Part shown: piece after piece, positions 45,059-59,208 of the stretch
Numbering within the stretch: position 1 is the stretch's first letter
How the letters are laid out: each line of letters opens with the position of its first letter
Assembly: GCA_964016885.1 (NCBI GenBank)
Contig: OZ024755.1
Location: forward strand, 25,234,001-25,298,000
Length of the DNA stretch: 64,000 bases
Source of the DNA: Eledone cirrhosa
Lineage: Eukaryota
Direction: 5' to 3'
Made by a program: the position numbers and the translations under genes
The notes under the pieces: model-generated
The model's input: only the letters and a program-made list of their open reading frames with translations
Databases searched by the model: none
What the model was told of the DNA's origin: nothing

Positions 45059-46612
45059 ATATATATATACATATATGTATGTATATATATATATACATAT
45101 ATGTATGTATATATATATATATATATATACATATATATATACATATATATATACATATATAATGTATTGCCCCAGCATGTCCGCTGTCTAATGTCTGAAA
45201 TCTGTAAAAGAATAAAAGAAACCGCACTCATTACCCAGTGTCCTACTTCCGTTGTCATCCCTCAACCCCATTTTTCCCGCCATAACATTTTCTAGTGTCA
45301 TAACCCTTCTCCCTCTTCACTGTATGACCTCCATCTTTTTTTATCATCTGTTTCTTCCAGTCACTCATCACCCGAGCACTGTGTGTGTGTATGTATGTAT
45401 GTATGTGTGTGTGGGGGGGGGGGAGTGGACAGAGGGGCATACTTGAAAGAAGATTATACAAATATTAGGTTTTGATTTGGCACAAGGCCAACAATTTCGG
45501 GAGAAAGGGAAAGTCGGTTAAATCGACCTCAATGCATTACTGGTACTTTATTTAATCAACCACGTAAGGATGAAAGGCAAAGCTAACCTCGGTAGGATTT
45601 GAACTCAGCTCGTCAAGGGCCATAACCTTATGTCATATATCATGTTGTCCGGCGCTCTTCCGATATTGCCCCAAAAGAACGAGATAGCTATCTGTCTCTA
45701 TATATTGTGTGATCCATGAGTGCGTAACATTAATACCGCCTTTGTCATGGAATCACCTGCCTCCGTTCGGTCACACAGCCAAACAGCGGCGCGTGGCTCA
45801 ATTTGATGGTCTTCTCATCAAATGGCACCGCCTTCCCTTTGCGTCTGCGATCCACACAAATGTCCATATGGAGACATGTTCGACAAGTTTGGACTACAGC
45901 CGCTCTTTAGACGCCATTGTTAAGGTCCGTTCCTTCGACACGCTACCTTGAAAGATGTCATCAGATGGAGCTTCAACACAGCTAGTTTCTGCTTGCAAAT
46001 AGAGACTTCCGGTCTCGACTGTGGTGGTGGTAAACGTCTAGACGGAAAAACTGCTCCGTGACAAAGACATTGATAACTGGAAATTATATATTCAATTCAA
46101 TAATACCAATTTCTATAAACCTGATCCTTTAAGGTTCTGTAATGTACCTGTCTGAGGTGTGCGCCCTGGCTGGCCTTAATCGTAGCGCCGTTACTGGTTA
46201 TGTTGGGTAAAAATGGTCATGATTGGGTGAACTCATTTTAGTAAGATGAAGCCCAATCTAAACTTGTATGGGTCACGTCTACGAAAACAACATAAGCCGG
46301 CTGGGAACCGGGTATGTGTGGTGAGTCCTTACATCAAAGTAGAATGATTTAAATGTACCCAAAATACGCTGACCTGGTAGGTATGAAACCGGGTACTTAG
46401 GAAAAAAAACAAAAAAAAAAAAACACATCACGCATTATGTCTGTCTGTCTGTGTATGAGAATGTATGTATGTGTGTGTGTATTTGTATCCGTGTGTGTTT
46501 ATGTATGTATGTGTTTGGTTGTGTACGTAGATATGTGTTTGTGTTTTTTATATATATGTGTGCGTGTGTATGTGAGAATGTATGTGTAGCTGTGTATGTA
46601 GTTATGTGTTTG

Positions 46613-46648
<36 letters not shown>

Positions 46649-46737
46649 CGTGTGAGTATGTCTGTTAGTTAATCAAACATGATCATCTAATTAACTATTA
46701 ACTACTATATTTTTCTTGTTCGATGAAAATGACAGAC

Positions 46738-48350
46738 GGTGGTGGTGAGGTTAAATGGTGTTATTGTTTGTGGTGGTATTGGTGTTGGTGATGTTGGTGG
46801 TGTTGGTGGTGTTGGCAGTGATGATGGTGGTGTTGTTGGTGGTGGTGTTGGTGATGTTGTTGGTGGTCTTGGTGATGTTGGTGGTGTTGGTAGTATTGGT
46901 GTTGGTGTTGTTGTTGGTGATGTTGGTGGTGTTGGTGGTTGTGTTGTCAGTGATGTTGGTGGTGTTGGCAGTGATGTTGGTGGTGTTGGTGGTGTTGGCA
47001 GTGATGTTGGTGGTGTTGGTGGTGTTGCTGTTGGTGGTGTTGGTGTTGTTGTTGGTGGTGTTGATGTTGTTGTTGGTGGTGTTGGTGGTGTTGGTGATGT
47101 TGGTGGTGTTGGTGGTTGTGTTGCCAGTGATGTTGGTGGTGTTGGTGGTTGTGTTGCCAGTGATGTTGGTGGTGTTGGTAGTGTTGTTGTTGGTGGTGTT
47201 GGTGGTGTTGGTAGGTGTTGGTGGTGTTGGCGGTGTTGGTGATGTACGGTTGGAAGATATTTAGGTGGTTAGTGCTACAGTAATCTATATATACTCGTTA
47301 ACCTCTAAATTATATTATAATACGAAATCGCAGCCAGTGCATCTACAACAACAGCAACAACATTGAAAGCTGCATCAACAACAACAGCAACAACATTGAA
47401 AGCTGCATCAACAACAACAACAACAGCATTAAAAAACTATATCAGCAACAATGACATTATAAGCAACATCATAATATGTTATAACAACAACTATAACATC
47501 AACACCACTATCACCAACCACAACACCACCACCACCACCACCACCACCACCACTAACAACAACAACTACAACATCAACACCACTATCACCAATCACAACA
47601 CCACCACCACCACCACCACTAACAACAACAACTATAATATCAACACCCCCACCACCACCACTAACAACAACTACAACATCAACACCACTACCACCAGCAA
47701 CGCCAACAGCACTACCACCAACAATGACACCATCAACACTACTACCAGCACTACCAACACCAACATCACCACCATCAACAAAACCACCACCAACAACAAC
47801 AGTAGCACCACCGCCATCATCAATAGCACCAAAATCACCACCACCATCACCACCACCACCACCACCACCATCACCATCACCACCACCATCACCACCACCA
47901 CCACCACCACCACCATCTCCACCACCATCACCATCACCACCACCACCACCATCACCATCACCACCACCATCACCACCACCATCACCACCGCCACCACCAT
48001 CACCATCACCACCACCATCACCACCACCATCACCATCACCACCGCCATCACCATCACCACCACCATCACCACCACCACCACCACCATCACCACCACTACC
48101 ACCATCACCATCACCACCACCACCACCATCACCACCACCATCACCACCACCACCATCACCACCATCACCACCACCACCACCACCACCATCACCACCACTA
48201 CCACCATCACCATCACCATCACCACCACCATCACCATCACCACCACTACCACCATCACCACCACTACCACCATCGCCATCACCATCACCACCACCACCAC
48301 CATCACCACCACCACCACCACCACCATCACCACCACAACAACAACAACAT
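46738..48350. repeat. (GGT/TGT)n tract facing an (ACC/ATC/AAC)n tract
   Basis: Triplet low-complexity tracts at about 46738-47245 and 47345-48350 with complementary composition. Confidence 0.9.
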
Positions 48351-49468
48351 CTTCAATTAAAAGGAAATAGATGTTTAATTAAAATATTTATGTAATCTAA
48401 AGCGTAGTGAGGTGAAGAAATTAATTACAGGTAAGAGCAATTACAGGTAGAATAGTTCAGGAAAGGTAAAATCATGAGTAATAGAAAGGTGAGGGATATA
48501 GAGAGAGGGAGAAGGGCAGAGATAGAGGGAGAGGGAGAATGGGGAATGGTGGAGAGAGAGAGGGAGAAGAGGAGAAGTAGTGAGGGAGGAGAGATGTAGA
48601 GATGTGGAGAGAGGGGGGTAGTGGTGGAGAAAGTTAGAACGAGAGAGAGAAAGGAAGATAGTGAGAGAGAGGGGCAGGGAAAGAAAGGCAGTGAAAGGAG
48701 TAAGGGGGGGGATTTAGAGCCTGGCCATGCTGGGGCACCAGCTTGAAGCAATTATAACAATCATATCGATGATCCCTGGTATTTATCGTTTCCAAGTTTG
48801 ATTTTAATATTATCGACCTGTCTATTCCAACATGATTTGAACACAGAATGTAAAAGTATTCCGTCTGTATGTGTGTCTATATATATATATATGTATCTGT
48901 GTGCTTGTGTCTGTGTTATGTGTGTGTGTGCGTGTGTGTGTCTGTGTATGCATGTGCGTGTTTCTGTGTGTACGTGTTTATATGTGTATGTATGTCTCTA
49001 TGTGTGTGTATCTGTGTGTGTGTATGGGTATGTGTACGTGTATGTGTGTGTGTGTACGTGTCTATATGTGTTTGTGTGTACGTGTGAAGTGTGTGTTGTA
49101 ATATAACGGGTCTTTACACGTCTTTACTAACACACAACTTTACTTTTTTACCTGATCCTGTCATCCGATTGAGGCCATGCTGGGGCTTTGTTTCTTTATA
49201 TATTTGTTTATTTATTTAGTTCCTATATTTGATTATAAAGCAGTGAATTGACAGAGTCGTTAGAATATCGGATAGAATGCTTTATGGTATTCGTCCGGTT
49301 CTCTGCTCTCGGAGTTCAAATCCCTGCGAGGTCAACTTTGCCTTTCATCCTTTCGAGGTCGATAAAAAGAAGCACCAGTCTAGTACTGGGGTCGATTCTT
49401 CCTCATTTTCTCTCTCTCACTTTCTCTCTTTCTCTGGAAGAAATCTCCTGTACTCAGGCTTGGAGAGG

Positions 49469-49882
49469 AATGGGCTCCGCCAAGCTTAAAATGGCCGACA
49501 AAACCCCGTATGTCAATGGGCTCCGCCAAGCTTAAAATGCCCGACAAAACGCCGTATTTCAATGGGCTCCGCCAAGCTTAAAATGTCCGACAAAACGCCG
49601 TATTTCAATGGGTTCCGCCAAGCTTAAAATGTCCGACAAAACGCCGTATGTCAATGGGCTCCGCCAAGCTTAAAATGGCCGACAAAACCCCGTATGTCAA
49701 TGGGCTCCGCCAAGCTTAAAATGCCCGACAAAACGCCGTATTTCAATGGGCTCCGCCAAGCTTAAAATGTCCGACAAAACGCCGTATTTCAATGGGTTCC
49801 GCCAAGCTTAAAATGTCCGACAAAACGCCGTATGTCAATGGGCTCCGCCAAGCTTAAAATGTCCGACAAAACGCCGTATGTC
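49469..49882. repeat. 46-bp tandem array, 9 units with 4-unit higher-order structure
   Basis: Unit aatgggctccgccaagcttaaaatgNccgacaaaacSccgtatKtc. Variant order is ABCD-ABCD-E. Confidence 0.95.
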
Positions 49883-50210
49883 AATACGGCGCCCCTACGA
49901 CTTTATCAGGCGTTAAGGGACTATACATACATATTTGATAATAATTTTATATATATATATTTGTTTTGGGTGGTTTATTCAAGCTGTTGGAATTATACTT
50001 TTTGTTTTTACTGTTGTAGAAAAGTAACAATACAATTCATCACTATAAATAAATCACTCGATTTGCTGATATATAAATCTTATTTATTATGGTTAAAGCT
50101 TGTTAGTGTGGAGTTGCACATGCGCACTCAGTGTCTGATGATCTTGAGAGTGCGCAGGTGAAACTCAGCAGAAGGTTCGCCACTTAGCCGTAATCAATGA
50201 ATGTTTAAAC

Positions 50211-50343
50211 CAGGCATGGGCAAATGAGCCTCATAGGATGTGGCCCATGATAAGGCGGACCACAATACTAAAAAGTTCAAGGCAATTTTGAAATTAGGCG
50301 TGCAATTCAGAATGCCAAACGGGCCGCAGTTTGGCCATGAATG
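50211..50343. mobile_element. hAT (Charlie-like) MITE
   Basis: Imperfect TIRs CAGGCATGGGCAAA / TTTGGCCATGAATG, internal GGGCCGC, and 8-bp TSD gtttaaac / atttaaac. Confidence 0.7.
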
Positions 50344-50948
50344 ATTTAAACTCTATTTCGGTATTGAATTCGCATTCGCACGTCCGCCAATAATGCACCT
50401 AGAGATAGAGAGGGGGGGGGGCATGTAGAATAGTCGAACACAGTGTTGCGGCATATGTACAAACATTATTTGCATGCGGTGAATTGGCAGTATCGGTAGA
50501 GGGTCGGACATGCTTTCCAGCATAGTTACGTCCCTTTACGATCTGAGTTCAAATCCCGCCGAGGTTAACTCTGCCTTTCATCCATACAGGGGTCGATAAA
50601 ATAAAGTACCAGTAATACACTGGGATAATTGCTGGCCTTGTGCCAAAGGTAGAAACAATTATTTGCATGTGGATTGGCAGTATCGGTAGAGAGTCGGACG
50701 CCATGCTTTGACGCATAGAGTTACGGCCCTTGCCATTCTGTGTTCAAATCCCGCCGAGGTTAAATTTGCTTTACATCCATACAGGGGTCGATTAAATAAA
50801 GTACCAGTAATGCACTTGGTAATTGCTGGCCTTGTGCCAAAAGTAGAAACAATTATTTACATATTACAATTGTTCCGATATCGATCAGCGCCGAGTAGAA
50901 TGTAGGTAACGGAGCCAGACATTTTTGACATCTTGTCAGATATGTGAG

Positions 50949-51012
<64 letters not shown>

Positions 51013-51204
51013 GTATAGGATTATCCAAGATGTAGTAATGGTTAATTACTACACTGGATATGGTTGACGTACGGTGAGAGGTTACTCTACGAGTTATGGA
51101 AGAATTGTTCAAGAAACTTAGTTCCTGATCCTTCAGTATTCCGGAGTGTATATAAAGAATGAATAATAACAGGTAGACATCATAAAAAGGTAATTTATTC
51201 CGTG

Positions 51205-51316
51205 TGCTTACAAGTGTTTCCACGGTGGTACTGCAGCCTAGTTCCGCTACGTGCAAATTCACAAGTATTTGCAGAACTCGAATATCCAATGCTGTGACCA
51301 CTGTTTCCTCAGAGCA
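51205..51316 (-). ncRNA. Hammerhead motif with very long stem II insertion
   Basis: Reverse complement reads TGCT-CTGAGGA-AACAGTGG...(about 70 nt)...CCACCGTG-GAAA-CACTTG-TA-AGCA. Same layout as the 8920 motif. Confidence 0.55.
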
Positions 51317-51540
51317 GAATGGTAAATGTACAATGTAAAAACCCTTAAGTGGGGTTGTTGGAGAAGATAGAGTGGAACAGGAAGAGAGAAAAGTAGGGAA
51401 GAAGGAGAGAGAAGGAAAGATATGCAGGGGTTGGAGAAGTAGGAGAGAGTGGCTTGTAGATATCTTAATCAAAATGTTATGGTAGAGGTTTTATTATACT
51501 ATATATATATAGTAATATATAGTAATATATATATATATAG

Positions 51541-52482
51541 TAATAATAATAAAATTGAAGACTAAAATCCAAAGAGGGGTCGATAAGGAAAATATATATC
51601 AAATATATAAGAACCGTAGAGCAAATATTTATTAAAATAACAGATTAAAGTTTAAGCAAAGAATCGCTGCTTTCACCCTTAACGGGATCTCCTGAAACTA
51701 ACAAAGTCAATCTGTAAACGCAGAACTGGATATTTCAAAAAACGTTGCAACCGGAGGAAGACAGGAAGACGATACTTTGGTTCGTGGAAACGTTCGCTGG
51801 CAAAGAACGGGAAAAAACGAATATAATACGTCATTAATAGGAGCGCAAAAACAGAACCACGTTTATGGTATAAAAGAGGTCGTAGACTAATGTTCTCTTA
51901 GGTGGTGCATAGAGACGTTCTCTGGCAATGAACGAAAAAACGAAGATAATACGGCAATGTGGAGCGTGGAGAACAATAGCACGCAAAGACAAAACCACGT
52001 AAATGGTATAGCAGAAGTCGTAGACTAAAATTCTAACTAGGAGACCAAATGAATCTCCGCTACAGAGTTAAGAACAAAGTAAATAAATACAATACAGAAG
52101 TAATAGAAATAAATAAATACATACACGCAAACAAATACGTACATACACAAGCATACGCAAAACCTTACCATAGGTATACAAAACCACGAACATATAAATA
52201 TGTGTGTGTGTGTATGCGTGTATACAAATAAATAATTATATAAACGTATATAAATAAATACATACGTATATAACAAGCGCACACACATACCTACATATAA
52301 ATACACGAATGTTCGGAGACGTAAGTGAACTAAAACAAGAAATTGTCTTCCTCCAGTTGCAACGTTTTTTGAAATATCCAGTTCTGCGTTTACAGATTGA
52401 CTTTGTTAGTTTCAGAAGATCCCGTTAAGGGTGAAAGCAGCGATTCTTTGCTTAAACTTTAATCTGTTATTTTAATAAATAT
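51541..52482 (-). mobile_element. PLE-like family 'TATTAAAATAACAG' with inverted terminal copy
   Basis: Arms about 51625-51762 and 52344-52482. Other copies at about 12018-12132, 31146-31466 and 61810-61940. Variant core CAGAAGA-TCC..GGG-T-GAAA. Confidence 0.6.
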
Positions 52483-52718
52483 ATATATATATATAACTCT
52501 TCTTTCCTGATTTATCATTACTCCAAGTGTTAACAACATAGATAACAGCGCGTACTCGCAGCATTACTATGGAAACGCCTTGTTGAGTCAAACTGATACT
52601 ATCCACTACTCGGAGTACCCTAACTGGACTACATCTAAGTGGACTTCCTATAACAATAATCTGTTACCCCGTATATATATATATATGTGTATGTGTGTGT
52701 GTATAAATAATACATTTT

Positions 52719-52750
<32 letters not shown>

Positions 52751-52821
52751 AAAACAAATAACGAAACGAAATTAAATTTCGTTTCGCTTCTAACTCACTT
52801 TTGTATGACTGACGCTTAAAC

Positions 52822-53150
52822 AATTAAGTTAAAAGTGTACACCTACATATGTATACGGAAATATTAGTATGCATATAAATACACACATGTATACATATGT
52901 ACATGTACTGAGTTTTTCACTGGACACTTTAGTGTGAGTGTCTGGCTCTCTGGAGAATAGAGGAAATGTGTTTCCTTGAAAACCCGTATGACTCTAAAAC
53001 CCGGTTTGTCTGTTTGGTTACATACAGACTAGCTGGACACTCACAGTAAAGTGTCAAGTGAAAAACTCAGTACATGTACATATGTATACATGTGTGTATT
53101 TATATGCATACTAATATTTCCGTATACATATGTAGGTGTACACTTTTAAC

Positions 53151-53156
<6 letters not shown>
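52822..53156. repeat. Inverted repeat, about 125-bp arms
   Basis: Arms about 52822-52947 and 53031-53156 are near-perfect reverse complements. Extra one-sided sequence at about 52750-52821, (TA)n flanks. Confidence 0.9.
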
Positions 53157-53188
<32 letters not shown>

Positions 53189-53301
53189 ATATATAGTAAT
53201 GTTTCTACGTTAGGCACACGGCCAGCAAATAAAAAGTGTATTACTGGTACTTTATTTTATCGACCCCGTAAGAGGACGTAACTCTGCTGGAAATAATAAT
53301 A

Positions 53302-53351
<50 letters not shown>

Positions 53352-53396
53352 AATACATTTCTTTATTTTTTTATATATATATATATAGTAATAATA

Positions 53397-53432
<36 letters not shown>

Positions 53433-53872
53433 ATAAATAATACATTTCTTTATTTTTATATATATATAGTAATAATAATAATAATAATTGTTTCTACTTT
53501 TGGCACAAGGCCAGTAATTACCCAGTGCATTACTGGTACTTTATTTTATCGACCCCGTAAGGATGAAAGGCAAAGTCAACCTCGGCGGGATTTGAACTCA
53601 GATCGTAAAGGGACGTAACTATGCTGGAAAGCATGGCGTCCGACCCTCTACTGATGCTGCCAATCCACCAAATAATATATATATATGTGTGTGTGTGTGT
53701 ATAAATAATACATTTCATTATTTATATATATATATAGTAATAATAATATATATATATATATGTGTGTGTGTGTATAAATAATACATTTCTTTATATATAT
53801 ATATATATATAGCAATAATAATAATATATATATATATATATGTGTGTGTGTATGTATAAATAATACATTTCT

Positions 53873-53914
<42 letters not shown>

Positions 53915-53968
53915 ATAATAATATATATATATATGTGTGTGTGTGTGTGTATAAATAATACATTTCTT

Positions 53969-53999
<31 letters not shown>

Positions 54000-54371
54000 G
54001 TAATAATAATATATATATATATATGTGTGTGTGTGTGAGCGGGTATATGCCACATATAGCCCAATGTCGAGAGTATTTTCAACTTATATGACATTCCTTT
54101 ATTACTGCCAATTTATTGTAAAAGTTGTTTTTTTAAAAGAAAAAAGAACGAAATTCAATTTGTATAATCATATTACCAACAATATGAACACATTCCGGTG
54201 TTGACGATTATGATGATGATGATGATTAAAGAAGTTGCTTGTCAGCCCTCCAGGTGGCATCTCGCTGACACACAATGAAAGCTTTGCAGTAAATAAACTA
54301 ATAAACTATGATCTATTTAATTTAAACTAAAACTGGTTTCTAGATTCTTCTTGAAATTCATAACTATAACT

Positions 54372-54517
<146 letters not shown>

Positions 54518-54573
54518 TATATAGATATAGATAGGTAGATATACACGGGTGTGTATGATCGTGTATAGAAGAT

Positions 54574-54889
54574 TATATTAATAAGAGGAATTCCAACTTT
54601 GTCTGATTTACTCGTTTTATTTACAATCCTTTAAAATATATAATGGTATTATAATGAAATAGTATGATAGAATATTAAATTCTAAGTGTTAATTGAACAA
54701 GTACTTTCATGCTTTCGCACTCTTCAGGTTCATAATCAGTCGAGTTTGCAATTTTCAACTGTCAGTTCAATTAACACTTAGAATTTAATATTCTATCATA
54801 CTATTTCATTATAATACCATTATATATTTTAAAGGATTGTAAATAAAACGAGTAAATCAGACAAAGTTGGAATTCCTCTTATTAATATA
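54574..54889. repeat. Inverted repeat, about 125-bp arms, hammerhead in the loop
   Basis: Arms 54574-54698 and 54765-54889 are reverse complements. Confidence 0.9.
54694..54732 (-). ncRNA. Minimal hammerhead ribozyme motif
   Basis: Reverse complement reads TGAAC-CTGAAGA-GTGC GAAA GCAT-GAAA-GTAC-TT-GTTCA. It has a 5-bp stem I, a GNRA-capped stem II and a palindromic stem III. Confidence 0.8.
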
Positions 54890-55013
54890 TATATATATAT
54901 TTATATATATATATATATATAAATATATATATTTATATATATATAAATATATATATTTATATATATATAAATATATATATTTATATATATATTTATATAT
55001 ATGTATATACTAT

Positions 55014-55068
<55 letters not shown>

Positions 55069-55123
55069 AATATATATATTTATATATATATAAATATATA
55101 TATTTATATTATATAAATATATA

Positions 55124-55169
<46 letters not shown>

Positions 55170-55177
55170 AATATATA

Positions 55178-55257
<80 letters not shown>

Positions 55258-55543
55258 AATATATATATTTATATATATATAAATATATATATTTATATAT
55301 ATATATTTATATATATTTATATACTATATATATATATTTATATATATTTATATACTATATATATATATATATAAATATATATATTTATATATTTATAAAA
55401 CCATATTTATTTCATTATATATATTTCAGGGATATCATATTAAAAATATGGTATGCCCTCTTCAGATAAAATAACAACTTTTTAAATGGAAGTTGTGAAC
55501 TCTAAGGTATGTCAAATTTATTCATAAAGCTGTCTATATATTG

Positions 55544-55609
55544 TATTTTATCTGAAGAGGGCATACCATATTTTTAATATGATATCCCTGAAATATATAT
55601 AATGAAATA
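55544..55609 (+). ncRNA. Minimal hammerhead motif (with a mirror copy on the - strand at about 55408-55473)
   Basis: TATTTTAT-CTGAAGA-GGG...CCC-T-GAAA-TATATA-TA-ATGAAATA. Confidence 0.75.
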
Positions 55610-55741
55610 AATATAGTTTTATAAATGTAATTTCCATTTGTTTAATATCATAAAATACTCCAAAACTTGTTGAGTGCTTTTATATCAGTTATAAAATATT
55701 TACTCGTTGTAACCCAACATTTTAAATAAAACTTTTGCATA

Positions 55742-55782
<41 letters not shown>

Positions 55783-55907
55783 TTATATACTATATATATA
55801 TATATATATATATAAATATATATATTTATATATATATATATTTATATACTATATATATATATATATAAATATATATATTTATATATATATATATTTATAT
55901 ACTATAT

Positions 55908-56008
<101 letters not shown>

Positions 56009-56046
56009 TATATATTTATATATATATATATATATATAAATATATA

Positions 56047-56184
<138 letters not shown>

Positions 56185-56299
56185 CTATATATATATATGT
56201 ATATATATATAAATATATATTTATATATATCGAATACTCTGGTGCGTTATGGTCCACCTGGTTCCTTACCACATTTTCTATATATATATATATGTATAT

Positions 56300-56700
56300 A
56301 CAGGTGAAATTTCGTTATAACGAATACCATTATAACGAAATTTTTCAGTATAACGAAAGTTTTTTCAATCGTGGAGGTAATAACAAACAAACGCTCCTTT
56401 TGTTTCGGTCGATCTCGTTATAACAAAGTTTCATTACAATGAATTTTCTTTTTAATTCAATGAGTTTCTTTTTGGCGACAGTCATCATTGAGGCCTTTAC
56501 TTTCACGATCTTGTCTGTGGTGCGTTGTCTGGGCATAGGATTCTGCTAAGGAGGTTTCATAGTTTGTTTTTTTCCCCGTGGGGGTGTAAAAGCTGATGCA
56601 ATGGGTATCGCTGGTTGTTCTGCAATGCAATGCTTTTACAATTTAGTTCACGTGGTGCAGCTAAGATGTCTCACCGAGTCAAGAGTATTAAGTCCCCCTC
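56300..56700 (-). mobile_element. Tigger/pogo-like deletion derivative
   Basis: TA-CAGGTGAAATTTCGTTATAACGAA terminus with repeated TATAACGAA subterminal motifs. The minus-strand ORF start MPRQRTTDKIVKVKASMMTVAKKKLI resembles a Tigger transposase N-terminus. The other TIR was not found. Confidence 0.5.
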
Positions 56701-56939
56701 CTTATTTCTCATTTCCCACATACCTTCATTGTAAGATTATATTCTAAAAGTATTTTGAATGTTTAGTATTTTCTGGCTTCTGGACTATTCAGTATTTTAT
56801 GTTCAGATCTTTTAAAGCCTTTCTGTATTCATATTCATTTGATGTGCACCATTTATTTCAATCTATGAAGTCTATGTAATTCTTTTTATTATGGCTGTAG
56901 TATGTATGTAATAAAGACATCCATACTCCTACTTCTACC

Positions 56940-57720
56940 CGCCTATACACACATCTACACATACATACAAACCTATACATACACGTCTATATACACACAT
57001 CTATACATACATACAAACCTATACATACACGTCTATATACACACATCTACACATACATACAAACCTATACATACACGTCTATATACACACATCTACACTT
57101 ATATACCAACCTATACACACACGTCTATATACACATATCTACACATACATATACGTTTATATACACACATCTACACATACAAACCTATACACACACGTCT
57201 ATATACACACATCTACACATACATACCAACCTATACACATACTTCTATATACACACATCTACACATACATACAAACCTTTACACATACGTCTATATACAC
57301 ACATCTACACTTACATACCAACCTATACACACACGTCTATATACACATATCTACACATACATATACGTTTATATACACACATCTACACATACATACAAAC
57401 CTATACACATACTTCTATATACACACATCTACACTTACATACCAACCTATACACACGCGTCTATATACACATATCTACACATACATATACGTTTATATAC
57501 ACACATCTACACATACATACAAACCTATACACATACTTCTATATACACACATCTACACTTACATACCAACCTATACACACGCGTCTATATACACATATCT
57601 ACACATACATATACGTTTATATACACACATCTACACATACATACAAACCTATACATACACGTCTATATACACACATCTATACATACATATACGTTTATAT
57701 ACACACAGTCACCTATATTC
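56940..57720. repeat. CA/TA-rich compound minisatellite
   Basis: Repeated cctatacacacacgtctatatacacacatctacacatacatac. Confidence 0.85.
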
Positions 57721-58932
57721 ACACATCTATACATACATACACACCTATATACACACATACACACACACACACCTACACATACACATACCTGTATACACAC
57801 ACACACACGCCTACACATACACATACCTGTATACAGTTACACACTCGCATGTCAAGTACAACTAAAACACAGCTATGCTGCTCTTAATATATGTGGTCGT
57901 CAAAGTGAGCAACATAGCAACGACTTCATAGAGAAATGGAGAGAGGAAGAAAAACTATACATAGAAGTATACAAAATCTATGCGTAAAAGTCTACAAATC
58001 GTATACATAAAACTTATATATGTACCTAACTAGATAAATAATGTTATTTTATGAGAGCAAACTAGGAGCCGGTCGCCTTCACCCTCTCAACAAATGCCCT
58101 CCTCTTGACTGTGGTCTCCGGACGAAACAGGTTAATTCATACAACTAAATCCATTTTCCTTACATTAAATGAATGAATAGGTATGGTTGCTGTGGTTACA
58201 GCGCTTATTTTACCACCGCATTTCTTCTCATCAGTCCCACGAGGTGATGCCTCGGGTAAGTGACAGAGCTTTTTCTATAGCCTTGTCAGTGGAATTTGGT
58301 AGACGGAATGTGTGGAGAGCCCGTCTTTATATATAGATATATATATAGGAAAAGAGTCAGGACCCCGACGGCTGAGCTCCGGCTGTTTCGACAGCTAGAT
58401 CTGAGTTCGGATCTAGTTGTGGTAGTAATTAGTCATTTGTACCATCGAGGTCCGACGAGCTATTGATTCCAGAGTCGGGCTAGATCGCGCGTCACCAACC
58501 AATAAACGTAATGAAGGAGTAATTATTCGTCCTTGTATTATTATTATACACTGGGTAATTGGTGGCCTTGTGCCAAAAGTAGAAACAATTATTATTATTA
58601 TAAAGAAATATTGGGCGATGAATTGGCAGTATCGGTAGAGGGTCGGACGCCATGCTTTGACGCATAGAGTTACGGCCCTTGCCATTCTGAGTTCAAATCC
58701 CACCGAGGATAACTTTGCCTTTCATCCTTACGGGGTCGATAAAATAAAGTACCAGTAATGTACTGGGTATTTGCTGGCCTTGTGCCAATAGTAGAAACAA
58801 TTAGTACCAGTGGGATAATTGCTGGCCTGGTGCCAAAAGTAGAAACAATTATTATAAAGAATTCATTATTATTATTATTATTATTATGTATACAATTCTG
58901 GTGTCTCTTTTTGTATATTTTTTTAATGGCAG

Positions 58933-58984
58933 GTGTAATTAGGCCATCTGTTACACAGCCAAGCTCATCTTCCGTGACCATCTC
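58933..58984 (+). CDS. Weak candidate for a short downstream exon of the RBM24-like gene
   Basis: Long U-rich tract plus CAG acceptor. The phase-1 reading is (G)VIRPSVTQPSSSSVTI. Donor GTAAAT is weak, or TAA at 58986 if unspliced. No recognisable homology. Confidence 0.12.
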
Positions 58985-59143
58985 GTAAATCTATGTTTGA
59001 AATATATTCCACACCAGTAAACTAACGCTCTGCTCCAAATATCGATGTTAAATATCTGAATTAATTAGATCATTCCACCAAACAAGCGAACAATTTCTCT
59101 CTGAAATATTATAACACTAGAATTTTATTCAACACGTATATGT

Positions 59144-59208
<65 letters not shown>

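Noticed and set aside
46739-47264. Gly/Val-rich elastin-like ORF
   Set aside because: (GGT/TGT)n low complexity, open in two frames.
47363-48395. 335-aa Thr-rich mucin-like and 223-aa Pro/Ser extensin-like ORFs
   Set aside because: Triplet repeat open in several frames and on both strands, with no signal peptide, domain or convincing splice sites.
49469-49882. CRISPR-like regular repeat
   Set aside because: Units are contiguous with no unique spacers, there are no cas genes, and the context is eukaryotic.
56902-57987. 361-aa His/Thr/Tyr-rich ORF
   Set aside because: Translation of a CA/TA compound minisatellite.
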